The notes beneath the pieces are model-generated. The model saw only the letters and a list, made by a program, of their open reading frames with translations, did not search any database and was not told the origin of the DNA. This document shows positions 8,915-18,428 of a stretch of 64,000 bases of DNA, piece after piece. This DNA comes from a virus. The DNA is taken from IMG/VR virus record IMGVR_UViG_3300045988_148900, positions 1 to 64,000 of that record; one strand, given 5' to 3'. Both the position numbers and the translations under genes were made by a program. Numbering within the stretch: the stretch's first letter is position 1; the number at the start of each line of letters is the position of its first letter.

Positions 8915-11680
8915 CTACCAAGTAACACCTCGCTTGGCCTTCTCCTGCTCAAGCCATGAGTCTACAAAATACCAATCTCCAGAATCAATGTACTCCTGTG
9001 GGGGCGTGAAATCCTTAGGCCACAGCTTCCCCGTCTTCTTGTCAACAGCATGGATGTCGAGCTCGTAACCCCACGTAAGACCCACACAAGGCTCCGTAAC
9101 CAAAGGAACCTCAAAATTAGATGGCCAAAAGTTCATGATACGCTGCAAAACACATACCGCCTTAGCAAGATACTGAATGCGAGACGCAATCTGAATCTCA
9201 TCATGAACTGTAACCACAAAACGTGTATTGGCTGCGAACTCCGGGTCCATATCTCGATAACGCATAAGACGAATTAAATCCCGACGAATCAAGTCGCCAC
9301 CCGTATTTTTATGAACAAAACCACATAATGGATAAACAGGCAACCCACTACACATACTTGGTGACATGATATTATGAGTCACACCCAAAGGCATAGCAAA
9401 GACAGCATGAGCCTTCTGCTTCCGACCACGACATAACTTAAAGACATAATCCGTAGACGACGAAGCCGCAAAGTCATAGACCAAATTCCAACCAAAAAGA
9501 TCGCAGACCGAACGAAGGGTCGCTGCCGTGACAAAAGACCGCGTATGGAAACGTTTGCCCCCAAGAAATGACTTTAACAGACCCCAATAGATACCCCAGT
9601 CATCAACAGCAATAGGACGACCCATGTGAGCCAACGATGCAAGCTGCTCTAAACTAAAATTACCCCGACTAAAAAGACCCTTCAGAAGAGAAAAACGAGG
9701 CCGCTTAAAAGGCTTGCCCATGCGAACCGGAATACGACCACAAGAGTCCAAGTCTATGACGACATCGTCTGTCCCATACTTGACGAACTTGTGACCCCTA
9801 TTGCAAACCACAAAATCACCCGTATTGAAAATAACAACATGAAGCTCCTCCTCGCCACGAAATGTAGGAACACCCATACGACGCACACCTGACAAGGGAT
9901 CGACAAAGTCAACGCGCTGACCCGCAAAGTCCTTCCACGGACGATAACTCTTACCATCCTGAGATGGTAAATAAATTGTGTTAATTAAAGAGCCCTGTAT
10001 TGTACTATTTTTGGCCACACGCTCCGCATAAGCACGCATCCCATTATCAGGAGAACTAAACCATCGAGCTAAGTAAATAGTACGACCAAAGTAAGTCCGA
10101 GAAAACCCAGTTCGCTTAGCTGTTCGAACAACCTCATCCTGCCAAGCCTTCAACCGAGGCATACCTTTGTCGTAATCTGAAATGAGTTGGACAGCAGCCT
10201 GACGAGAAATGTTCAAACGCTGAGCAATCAAAGAAGCTCCACCACCATACAACTTGCCAAAAGAAACAGCCTTTGACTTAGAACGAAACGAAGGATCGGT
10301 TACACCAAAACGCTTATTGGCTACATACAAGTGAACATCTAACTTATGCTTAATCGGATACAAAAAACCATCCTCACGGGCCATATTCCCAGCCAGATTT
10401 AACTCCTCACTCGCATAATCGGCTCCTAAAACAGCCCAGCCATCTTCACCTGCAGGAGCAGGGAGGAATGCACTACGCATACCAGCTTTCGTCTTGTACT
10501 TAATGGGATTACCCGATGCATCACAAATCGCACCATCAGCCTCCTCAGTAAGACAATAACCCAAAACCGGATGAGTATGAAGATAAGCTTTAATCTCAAT
10601 TTTTGGCAAGTTTTGGCCGTTTAAGGGCTTATAGTAATCATTACCCTTAGAACCAGAGCTACTCATACGACCCGTCAAGGCAACCGTTAGATTGTAATTA
10701 ATGCGAACAGGAGTGCCACGCCAACTACACATCTTAGAGACAAAAGACTTAATGTAAGTGGAAACCTCCGAGTACTCAAGAAGCAACTTTGCCAATGGAT
10801 GATCAATAGTCGCAAGCACATTCTTATCTACCTTCAAACCTCCCCTCTCGGTGCGAACCGTAAGCGTCACAAAACGACCCAAAGCCTCGGCAATCTGAGG
10901 CCCGCTGTCAACGTTGAAGGAATAACCTACAAGCTGATAAATCTGCTGACGCAAAGACTCCATCTGAGCATTCGACCTCCGAAGCTCTGCATCCAAAAAG
11001 TCATAGTCCAAGTAAATCTCCTGCTGAGTCATCCGACGAACAGCCTCGCCACACTCGTTGTCCAACGAGTAAATCTTCCGAATGTTGGGATAATCGCTCC
11101 ATATCTTCAGACCAAGAAGAGCAGTTATGAGAGGATCACCCCCAGCATAAATAAAACTAACCTCCGGATCAGTAGAACCAAAGTCATTATTCTCAGCCTC
11201 ATTCTCCTCATAAGAAATAGTCTGGAACTTCAAGAAACGCTTCGCCCAGTCCTTCAACTTCGGCATACGGTCATTGAAAACCTCATGAGCCATGAACTGG
11301 ATGTCATGCGTCTTGCCTACAAATGGTGCCTTAAAGCCATCCTTCTCAAGCATCGAAAAGTCAAAGGACCTATTCCACCATGCAGTCATGTAGTTATCAA
11401 CAACAAACTGAACGAACTCCATAACCTCCTTAATGGGCAAGTTGCGAGAATAACCATAATGACGAAGCGGAATGTAATAACCTACATAATCCGCCTTGCT
11501 ATAGGTCCTACCTGTGGATAAGCAAATTCCAACAACATAATCGCTTACAAACGAGAGCCCTGTAGTTTCAGAGTCACAGCCGACCAAAATATTAGCATAA
11601 AGATTTGACCTTATAAAAGCCAAATCCTCAAGCGACTGAACGAGAGCAACCTTATAACCGTTAAAGGAACCCCAAAGCAT
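8915..11680 (-). CDS. family A DNA polymerase with 3'-5' exonuclease domain, interrupted by an intein-like insert
   Basis: Exo I VGCDSETTGL; motif A GADYASEELNLAG; motif B KAVSFGKLYGG; motif C VVTVHDEIQI. The QGTAAD-equivalent motif is split. Confidence 0.9.
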   Translation of the reverse strand: MLWGSFNGYKVALVQSLEDLAFIRSNLYANILVGCDSETTGLSFVSDYVVGICLSTGRTYSKADYVGYYIPLRHYGYSRNLPIKEVMEFVQFVVDNYMTAWWNRSFDFSMLEKDGFKAPFVGKTHDIQFMAHEVFNDRMPKLKDWAKRFLKFQTISYEENEAENNDFGSTDPEVSFIYAGGDPLITALLGLKIWSDYPNIRKIYSLDNECGEAVRRMTQQEIYLDYDFLDAELRRSNAQMESLRQQIYQLVGYSFNVDSGPQIAEALGRFVTLTVRTERGGLKVDKNVLATIDHPLAKLLLEYSEVSTYIKSFVSKMCSWRGTPVRINYNLTVALTGRMSSSGSKGNDYYKPLNGQNLPKIEIKAYLHTHPVLGYCLTEEADGAICDASGNPIKYKTKAGMRSAFLPAPAGEDGWAVLGADYASEELNLAGNMAREDGFLYPIKHKLDVHLYVANKRFGVTDPSFRSKSKAVSFGKLYGGGASLIAQRLNISRQAAVQLISDYDKGMPRLKAWQDEVVRTAKRTGFSRTYFGRTIYLARWFSSPDNGMRAYAERVAKNSTIQGSLINTIYLPSQDGKSYRPWKDFAGQRVDFVDPLSGVRRMGVPTFRGEEELHVVIFNTGDFVVCNRGHKFVKYGTDDVVIDLDSCGRIPVRMGKPFKRPRFSLLKGLFSRGNFSLEQLASLAHMGRPIAVDDWGIYWGLLKSFLGGKRFHTRSFVTAATLRSVCDLFGWNLVYDFAASSSTDYVFKLCRGRKQKAHAVFAMPLGVTHNIMSPSMCSGLPVYPLCGFVHKNTGGDLIRRDLIRLMRYRDMDPEFAANTRFVVTVHDEIQIASRIQYLAKAVCVLQRIMNFWPSNFEVPLVTEPCVGLTWGYELDIHAVDKKTGKLWPKDFTPPQEYIDSGDWYFVDSWLEQEKAKRGVTW
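9305..9991 (-). mobile_element. putative intein (229 codons, Ser564-Asn792 of the polymerase)
   Basis: The insert splits NSTIQG / TGGDLIRR. It starts SLINTIYL, contains CNRGH (block-B-like) and ends FVHKN, followed by Thr. Confidence 0.6.
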
Positions 11681-11685
11681 AACTA

Positions 11686-11844
11686 CTACCCCCGCTTCTT
11701 CTGATACGGAATCACCTCGCGAACAACACTCTTAGAAACAAGAGAAACCTTAAAAGGACGTGTGACAACAACGTAGCACATTTCAAGACTAAAAAAGATA
11801 TACACATCCTCAGTATGACCATCCACATGAACCAATGTTTTCAT
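11686..11844 (-). CDS. small hypothetical protein (52 aa), below the ORF-track size cutoff
   Basis: Hand translation gives MKTLVHVDGHTEDVYIFF...YQKKRG. Its TAG stop lies 5 nt before the polymerase ATG. Confidence 0.4.
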   Translation of the reverse strand: MKTLVHVDGHTEDVYIFFSLEMCYVVVTRPFKVSLVSKSVVREVIPYQKKRG

Positions 11845-11867
11845 TTAAAACTCGCTAATTTATACAA

Positions 11868-13106
11868 TTAACAAAATGAATTAATCGCAACTTTATCCGC
11901 ACATACACGGACTGGACAGCTCACATGCCCTCTATTGACTAAACATCGCAACGCAACGTCGTCGCCAAATACCTTCCGCAGAATGTTAACACTCCCGTTA
12001 ACGTCTGCATTTATTAACATCCCACTACCCGAACGAAACAAGCCTCGACGAATACGCTTGCCAACATAAGCGTCATGATGACATACAGCCTCGCGGTCTA
12101 AACTACTACAAACGGACGTGTGCGACTCATTGACACCAATGAACCCTATGCCCAAAACATTAGACTTATAACGAATCATCTCAACAAAACGACCATGTGG
12201 CAAACATACGAAATTCTGATTCGTAACGGAACCCAAATTAATACAATCCTTCCAACCCGGATTGTAACCCACAACTATCCTGTTAATACCATGATCCCTA
12301 CAATAATTTACTATTAAACGACTCGCCTTATGCAAGTAATCGTCAACCTTATTATTACGACGCAACGTAAGCCTAGCAAGACGGCGGGAATGCTTCTAAC
12401 CATGCTGCTTCTGTAAGCTACTCTGTAACTCACCACGCCGCTTATTATAATACTGATTTATAGACTTCAATGAACGACCATTGACTATAAAAGAAAAACC
12501 GTTGCTGTCATAGCAAGTCGCCAAGTTGTCAAGGCCCAAGTCGATAGATAAGTAACGACCGCTATCCGGTAACTCCACAACATCCGGAACCTTGTAAACA
12601 ACCTCGATGACGTAATAACCATGACGCGGTATAAAACGAACCTCATGGATACCTCCCGTAACACGCGTACGTAAAGGCGCAAAACCCTCCTTCTTGGGGA
12701 AGTGTAACATCCCGTCAACCAACCGAACCATCTGCGACGAGTAGACAAAGGAGAAGCGACCATTCGTCTTATCCTTGTAGTGCGGAAAACGAGGACATCC
12801 TGTGAACTTCTTATTATCGCGCTTCCATGCCTTGATCGACGAAAAGTAACCCTTCAAGTTCTGATCCAAACGGTGAAGAATATTATTCGACGACCATGCA
12901 CTCAACGCACGGTAATCTACATTGTTAGCCGACAAGAATTGCTTATTCAACTCAATCCAACGAATCCACTTGCCGCTACGCAAGAACTCCTGCTTAATGA
13001 CAAAAATACCCGCATTATACAAGTTCTTAGATAACCAGCATACATGGTCTATACGACCATAACGATGGTCGCCCCGTCGTACTATATGACGCTCTACTTG
13101 AACCAT
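11868..13106 (-). pseudogene. tnpB: IS200/IS605-family TnpB (OrfB) interrupted by one in-frame TAG at 12396-12398
   Basis: ORFs 12396-13106 and 11868-12365 are in the same frame. The sequence reads ...LQKQHG*KHSRRLARLTLRRNNK..., with SIDLGLDN, NESHTS and NADVNGSVNI motifs. Confidence 0.8.
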
Positions 13107-13172
13107 GACGCGAATTTACTAATAAATTGGAAATAAGCGAATATAAAATGTAAATAAATCAATGAATTTATA

Positions 13173-13562
13173 TCAACAATTGCTTGCTAAGTAGTTAAAA
13201 AAATCAAAGGACCCCGGAACAACACCCGGCGGAACATCCGATAACGAAGCATAGCGTAAACGTGACGATCTAACCGAACTACGAAGAAGAAAACCCGTAT
13301 CCGGAACAACCCCAGACATACTCAACCGCTTCAGGCTATCCGGATCGAAACGCTGAAGCAAATCAAACACAGAATAACTCCTACCACAACCATAGCACTT
13401 CAGCCAATTGCCGTAAAGCTTCGCAGCCGGACTATCCACGTTATGGTGAAAAGGACAAAAGGCATTACCATATGGCAACTCCTTGCCGAATATGCGCTGA
13501 TACTCATCCCGGAAAGACAGATTGGAATTAACCCACTCAGCTAAACGAGCGTAAGACGACAT
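13173..13562 (-). CDS. stand-alone DnaG-type (CHC2) primase zinc-finger protein (129 aa)
   Basis: Contains CPFHHNVDSPAAKLYGNWLKCYGCG. No TOPRIM segment follows. Confidence 0.6.
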   Translation of the reverse strand: MSSYARLAEWVNSNLSFRDEYQRIFGKELPYGNAFCPFHHNVDSPAAKLYGNWLKCYGCGRSYSVFDLLQRFDPDSLKRLSMSGVVPDTGFLLRSSVRSSRLRYASLSDVPPGVVPGSFDFFNYLASNC

Positions 13563-13564
13563 GG

Positions 13565-14146
13565 CTAAGCTCCCTCTACAACACAACCCGGCAACCGATC
13601 AGCAGCGTAATCACCAACAACAGACTGCTCTGAAGCCTCAAGTAAAAAACGCTTCGTATCCTGAAGGCATACAAGCCACCAAACGCAAGCACTCTTACCT
13701 AACCACCCATAAACCTCTGACGTATTCAAACTACCGTCAACAGTACCTGCCAAAAGCAGATGCTTAGATACAAAACCATGAATACTATCAGAGCACCACA
13801 AAGAAGCAACATTAGAAGGTACAGAATCTATATTCTCAACATCAAAAAACTCCTCAGGAGAAGCATAGATGAGCACACTAATAACATCTACACTATCGCA
13901 ACCATCCTCCTCGATAACACCACGCATGCCACGACAAACAAAACCATGAGACTGGTAAGTCCTATCATAGCGTACATCCACACCCGTAGCATACGACGGT
14001 ATAAAGTCTAAGTCCGACGCCGAATCCGGAACCACAAAAGACAAATGTAAACGAACTCCACCAATAGGACATGTGTAAATACGATCTAAAATTGTAGTCA
14101 TAGCACTCAAAAAAAGATTAGGTGCCACGGAAATCATCCATAGCAC
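13565..14146 (-). CDS. hypothetical protein (alternative ATG start at 14101)
   Basis: ORF track. Its TAG stop lies 2 nt before the next ATG. Confidence 0.5.
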   Translation of the reverse strand: MLWMISVAPNLFLSAMTTILDRIYTCPIGGVRLHLSFVVPDSASDLDFIPSYATGVDVRYDRTYQSHGFVCRGMRGVIEEDGCDSVDVISVLIYASPEEFFDVENIDSVPSNVASLWCSDSIHGFVSKHLLLAGTVDGSLNTSEVYGWLGKSACVWWLVCLQDTKRFLLEASEQSVVGDYAADRLPGCVVEGA

Positions 14147-14172
14147 CTAATCTACGTAGGTGGAAGAAAACC

Positions 14173-17100
14173 CTACGAAAGCATGATATAGATATCTGAC
14201 TTAGATCCACACTTAAAGCAAGACACCTTCTTATCTGCCGACAAGGATGCGTCAAAAGGAGTGGTAGATACAAGACAAGAGCCTGACGCACCCGAAAGAC
14301 CATCCAACTTAAACGAATCAGCTACCTTCTGAACGTCATCACATACCCAATAGCTATCTGATAACTTGCGCTTATAGATATCTGAGCAGTACAAATCCAA
14401 AGCATCCATAGCCAAAGCAGAATCCATGACCTTAGAAACCTTTGCCTTCGCAGCACGACTGCCTGACTTGCAGAGACTCTTATAAACACTCGGAGTAAGA
14501 CGCTCGCCAAGAACATCCGACGCTACACCAAGAACAGAGTCTAAGATACGCTTTGTGTTACGAATGCGACGAAAGGTGGACGCCGTATGAGGAATATCAA
14601 ACGTATTAGGTGCTCCATCCTGAACCCTATCAACATCAATCCCCACTACAACACTATCCTCTACAAGAATCTCCTTCTCCTCAAGGGCCTTCTTAATCTC
14701 ACTCTCTATAGAGTGAAGAACCTCCTGCTTGGCAGCGTCAGACAGAAGACTGTCATCATCCATCACCTCCTCCGGCCACGTGTTAAACAACGAATAGGTA
14801 ATCTTGCCATCCTTAATAAGCTGCTTCAACCGATCAAAAGCCTCGCGCTTATCCGAGAAACGAACAGCCTCAGAGCGATCCGACGTCTCACCGTCTTCAG
14901 ACATGTACTTCTTATCACGCCCAAAGGTATCCGCCATTGCTACGATAAACTTGCCATCCTCGTCGTCCTCGACTCGAACGTAACGAAAATCATCTCCTCC
15001 AGCCTGCACAGCATCCAAAGCACGCAACAAACCATCCTTCGACTCGAAGTCTACATAAGCCCCATCAACGCCCGTAGGAGCCGAATCCGAAACCTCCGGA
15101 AGGTCATAAATCTTGTGAGCCAACTGAACAGACGCGTCACTAAAGTCAGACGCAAACTTAGAAATGGCAGAATCCGACGTCTGATAGAAGAAAGCTACCG
15201 TGCCCACATAAGCCCCATCAGGACGTACATCTATAAAACGCTGATTCTTGCAAAGAACACGAGGAACAGACGGATCAAAACGAACCTCCATATGCAAAAC
15301 CTCAAGACCCGCAGACAAAAGCTCGCAAGCAGTCTGTAAATTAGCATCCGTAGGCTCCTGTGCGAGCTTGAAACTGTTATCTAATGCCCACTGCCGACAA
15401 GTGTCGCCAACAGCACCCCAGGCGACGACTTCAGGTGATCCTGTCTCAGAAACTCCCTGCTCCTCGACAATCTCCTCAGAAACAGAAGAAGAAACTTCAT
15501 CTCCAGCAGCATCCTCAATATGAACATCGCCAGAGACTACATCTGTGACTATCGCGCCAAGAGCCTCGCCGATCGCATCCGCAGACTCTGATATAGCCTC
15601 CTTAAATGCATCCAAATGAGACGACAGGTAACCTACTGCCTCTGATACAGGAACAATATCGGTACCATCCTCCGTGACAAACAGAACTGAACTGTCAGCT
15701 CCATAATCTGACCCATCATCATAGAAAATACCAACAGACGAATCTGAGTTGGAGATATCTACACCTGCCTGAACAGCGGAAAGAAGCTTATCAACATCAA
15801 AGTCTACAGCTGAGTCCGAAACATAAAATTTTTGCGGCGCAAAGTAATGAGCTAAATCAGAAGCCACTGTCCGCCAGTCGCCCTCATTATCCATGAGATT
15901 CAACCCTATATTACCCTCCATACGACGACCGACTCCCCTTAAAACATAGTGAACATTAGATTCACTATTAAAATCGGGACGGAGAACCAAAGTTCCTTCA
16001 TAAAACCTACCATCCGACTTAAGAACCGTAATATCGGTACTCTTAGTTGCGCCTCCTGAAACCTCCGGAAGAATAGACGCCAACGCCTCAATATTCTTAC
16101 GAATAACATCATCATACGTCGTGCTGTCAGAAGCACGGAAAACATCATCAAGGTCTACAAGAGTAAATACCTGAGGACCCAGCTTCTCCTTGATAAACTC
16201 CGTGACCTTGTCTACAAACAGAATGCCCTTCTCGTCATCACTCAAACCTCCCGTAGGAATCATCAAACCTCCGCAATCAACGATACCCTCAAATACATGA
16301 GCACTTATATTATTGGGATTACTACCGTCTACATGAAGCGAGAAGTCAGCCACAAGAGGAATGTCGAAAATATCATCAGCCTCATGACCTACACAACCAT
16401 CGCGTAAAATACCCCGAAGCTCCTGCTCGAAAGGCGTATTACCAATAGCATCCTCAATCTTCTCGTCATCATCCATCATAATGCTCTGCATATAACCCCC
16501 CTCCGGAGTAGACTCCTCTACAGTATTCTCCTCGACAGCAACCTCCGATTCCACAGAAGGACCATCTAAAGCAACAAGACTCCCGTCTGCCGGAAGAACA
16601 ACAACATCGGTAGAAGCAAAGGTATAATCAGCATCAGAACCCGTAAAAGCTCCGTTCTCGGCACGAACATTGAAATACTCAATAGGAAGACCCGAAACAA
16701 CAACCGAACCATCCCCTACGGAGGTAATAGTGCCTGCATACAAGTTACCCATATAAGACACCTGAACCGACGACCCAACCGGAAGCGGAAGACTCGGAAC
16801 AGAACAACTGTCTTTAACGCGCTTATTCGCAACTCTATGCTTAGGCGCAGCGTCAACCACAGACCTCGAAGATCGTTTATTCTCTGCATACTTCTTGGCA
16901 GAAGAGTCAACCACGGGACGATTAGAACGCTTATTAGGAACATGGACAGGAGCAGAATCACCTACCTCGACAGAAGTAGCCTCCTCGACAACATCGTCAT
17001 CATCCTGAGCAGGATCATCTTCTGACTCCACATCGGCCTCAATAGGCGGATTGTCTACAATCTCTTCAGAAGCCTCCTCGGCTCCTCCCGAAACCTGACC

Positions 17101-17847
17101 CGCAACAATATCTCCCAAACCATTCGTATACATAGCGGCAACCTCCGTGGCGAAATCCTGTGCCATGATAGCCGCCTGATCACTCAAAGCATCCAAAGCA
17201 TCTAATGCATCCCCGTAAAGCTCCTCGCCTGCAACAGACGCCTCCTCAACGACATCATTGAGAGCATCCTCCTGAGTAGCTCCACCCTCCAAGAAGGCCG
17301 CAACACGCTCATCATCCTGAACAAGACGGTAAGGACCCAACAAGGACTGAGCCTCCTGAGCCTCCACGGAATAACGATTCTCAACAAAGGCATTGTAGAA
17401 CCGCTTAACCTCCTCCGGCAACGACTCGTAACTCTTCTTAAGAAGAGCGTAACCCTTCGGATCCTCATTCGCAATAACTGCATTAATGGCCCAGCAAACC
17501 TCAGGAGTATACTCAATACAAGAATCCTGTACCCGAGCATGAATGGCCTTACACTCGGCAATCAAACGACGACGGGTACTACTATCCGTAGCCTCCAAGA
17601 AAGCCCGGCGAGGACCACGACGCTGCGAAAGCAAAGAACAAGAAAGCATATGAATCTCATCATCCGTGAACCCACGGCGTGACGAACTCCCCGCAGAATC
17701 CGAAACACTACGGCGTGAACCACGTGCAGAATCCTGCAAATACGAACCCACAGAGTCACCAACACGACGAACAGACGCACCCGACTCCGGAACCGTATCG
17801 GTAGACGAAGCTACCGCTACAATCTGCTGATAAAAACAATCTCCCAT
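14173..17847 (-). CDS. very large acidic protein (1224 aa), function unknown
   Basis: Long D/E/S/V-rich ORF with a short basic repeat (NKRSNRPVVDS / NKRSSRSVVDA / NKRVKDS). The 14-mer motif lies 57 nt upstream. Confidence 0.7.
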   Translation of the reverse strand: MGDCFYQQIVAVASSTDTVPESGASVRRVGDSVGSYLQDSARGSRRSVSDSAGSSSRRGFTDDEIHMLSCSLLSQRRGPRRAFLEATDSSTRRRLIAECKAIHARVQDSCIEYTPEVCWAINAVIANEDPKGYALLKKSYESLPEEVKRFYNAFVENRYSVEAQEAQSLLGPYRLVQDDERVAAFLEGGATQEDALNDVVEEASVAGEELYGDALDALDALSDQAAIMAQDFATEVAAMYTNGLGDIVAGQVSGGAEEASEEIVDNPPIEADVESEDDPAQDDDDVVEEATSVEVGDSAPVHVPNKRSNRPVVDSSAKKYAENKRSSRSVVDAAPKHRVANKRVKDSCSVPSLPLPVGSSVQVSYMGNLYAGTITSVGDGSVVVSGLPIEYFNVRAENGAFTGSDADYTFASTDVVVLPADGSLVALDGPSVESEVAVEENTVEESTPEGGYMQSIMMDDDEKIEDAIGNTPFEQELRGILRDGCVGHEADDIFDIPLVADFSLHVDGSNPNNISAHVFEGIVDCGGLMIPTGGLSDDEKGILFVDKVTEFIKEKLGPQVFTLVDLDDVFRASDSTTYDDVIRKNIEALASILPEVSGGATKSTDITVLKSDGRFYEGTLVLRPDFNSESNVHYVLRGVGRRMEGNIGLNLMDNEGDWRTVASDLAHYFAPQKFYVSDSAVDFDVDKLLSAVQAGVDISNSDSSVGIFYDDGSDYGADSSVLFVTEDGTDIVPVSEAVGYLSSHLDAFKEAISESADAIGEALGAIVTDVVSGDVHIEDAAGDEVSSSVSEEIVEEQGVSETGSPEVVAWGAVGDTCRQWALDNSFKLAQEPTDANLQTACELLSAGLEVLHMEVRFDPSVPRVLCKNQRFIDVRPDGAYVGTVAFFYQTSDSAISKFASDFSDASVQLAHKIYDLPEVSDSAPTGVDGAYVDFESKDGLLRALDAVQAGGDDFRYVRVEDDEDGKFIVAMADTFGRDKKYMSEDGETSDRSEAVRFSDKREAFDRLKQLIKDGKITYSLFNTWPEEVMDDDSLLSDAAKQEVLHSIESEIKKALEEKEILVEDSVVVGIDVDRVQDGAPNTFDIPHTASTFRRIRNTKRILDSVLGVASDVLGERLTPSVYKSLCKSGSRAAKAKVSKVMDSALAMDALDLYCSDIYKRKLSDSYWVCDDVQKVADSFKLDGLSGASGSCLVSTTPFDASLSADKKVSCFKCGSKSDIYIMLS

Positions 17848-17904
17848 GACTATAAATAATTAAGACACCCCAAGACGCCTAAAACATAAGCCCCTCAGGA
17901 TGTC

Positions 17905-17918
17905 GGATATATAATTGC
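17905..17918 (-). promoter_or_regulatory. conserved 14-mer GCAATTATATATCC
   Basis: Exact copy, 57 nt upstream of the ATG at 17847. Confidence 0.55.
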
Positions 17919-17933
17919 ATGCTGCCAAAACAA

Positions 17934-18383
17934 CTACTTATGGTGGCGAACCTTCCGGTTAGGAATGCAAGACAAGAAGCCCCAATAAGGAATCCGATGC
18001 TTCAAATAGTCCGGATCATCCTCGTGATTATAGGCCTCCGTCTCAAAACATGTGTAATAGTAAGCTCCCGGATAAGGAGGTATAAGAACCTCAATCAACC
18101 ACGACAACCCGTAGCATATCCAGAAGGCAAACAAAATACCCACAACAGACAACGCCCAAGCCCACCATGTGAAGCTATAATGAATCCCAAGAGGAATGAG
18201 AATAGCAGCAAAAAGAACTGAAAGCTCAAGCGAGTGTAAAGTATGCACAAGCTCATGCCTACGTGTACGAGCGGACATGTGGAAATTCTTGTGCTTCCGA
18301 GTAAAGCTGAAAATATGAAAAGTCAACCACCCGAACCCCTTAAAAGGAATGAACTTGTTGTGAACCTCAATTGGAATCTTCAT
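17934..18383 (-). CDS. membrane protein with an HExxH zincin-like motif
   Basis: HELVH is followed by several TM helices. The 14-mer motif lies 17 nt upstream. Confidence 0.45.
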   Translation of the reverse strand: MKIPIEVHNKFIPFKGFGWLTFHIFSFTRKHKNFHMSARTRRHELVHTLHSLELSVLFAAILIPLGIHYSFTWWAWALSVVGILFAFWICYGLSWLIEVLIPPYPGAYYYTCFETEAYNHEDDPDYLKHRIPYWGFLSCIPNRKVRHHK

Positions 18384-18400
18384 GGCACATACAATTTATT

Positions 18401-18414
18401 GGATATATAATTGC
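18401..18414 (-). promoter_or_regulatory. conserved 14-mer GCAATTATATATCC
   Basis: Exact copy, 17 nt upstream of the ATG at 18383. Confidence 0.6.
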
Positions 18415-18428
18415 ATGACACCAAACCA

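Noticed and set aside
12396-12398. Stop-codon reassignment (TAG or TGA read as sense, as in some gut phages). This was suggested by the in-frame TAG in tnpB, the in-frame TGA at 52541-52543, the TGA between same-frame ORFs at 4993, and the same-frame run of baseplate genes (38180 to 35553) separated only by TAA/TAG plus 2-4 codons.
   Set aside because: TAG ends the polymerase (8915), 2406-2828, 13565-14146, 36096 and 37017 immediately before the next start codon. TGA takes part in ATGA start/stop overlaps at 3616, 4035, 4208 and 29741. All long late genes (up to 912 aa) are free of in-frame stops. No tRNA has a canonical CTA or TCA anticodon loop. The interrupted genes are better explained as decaying mobile or duplicated genes.
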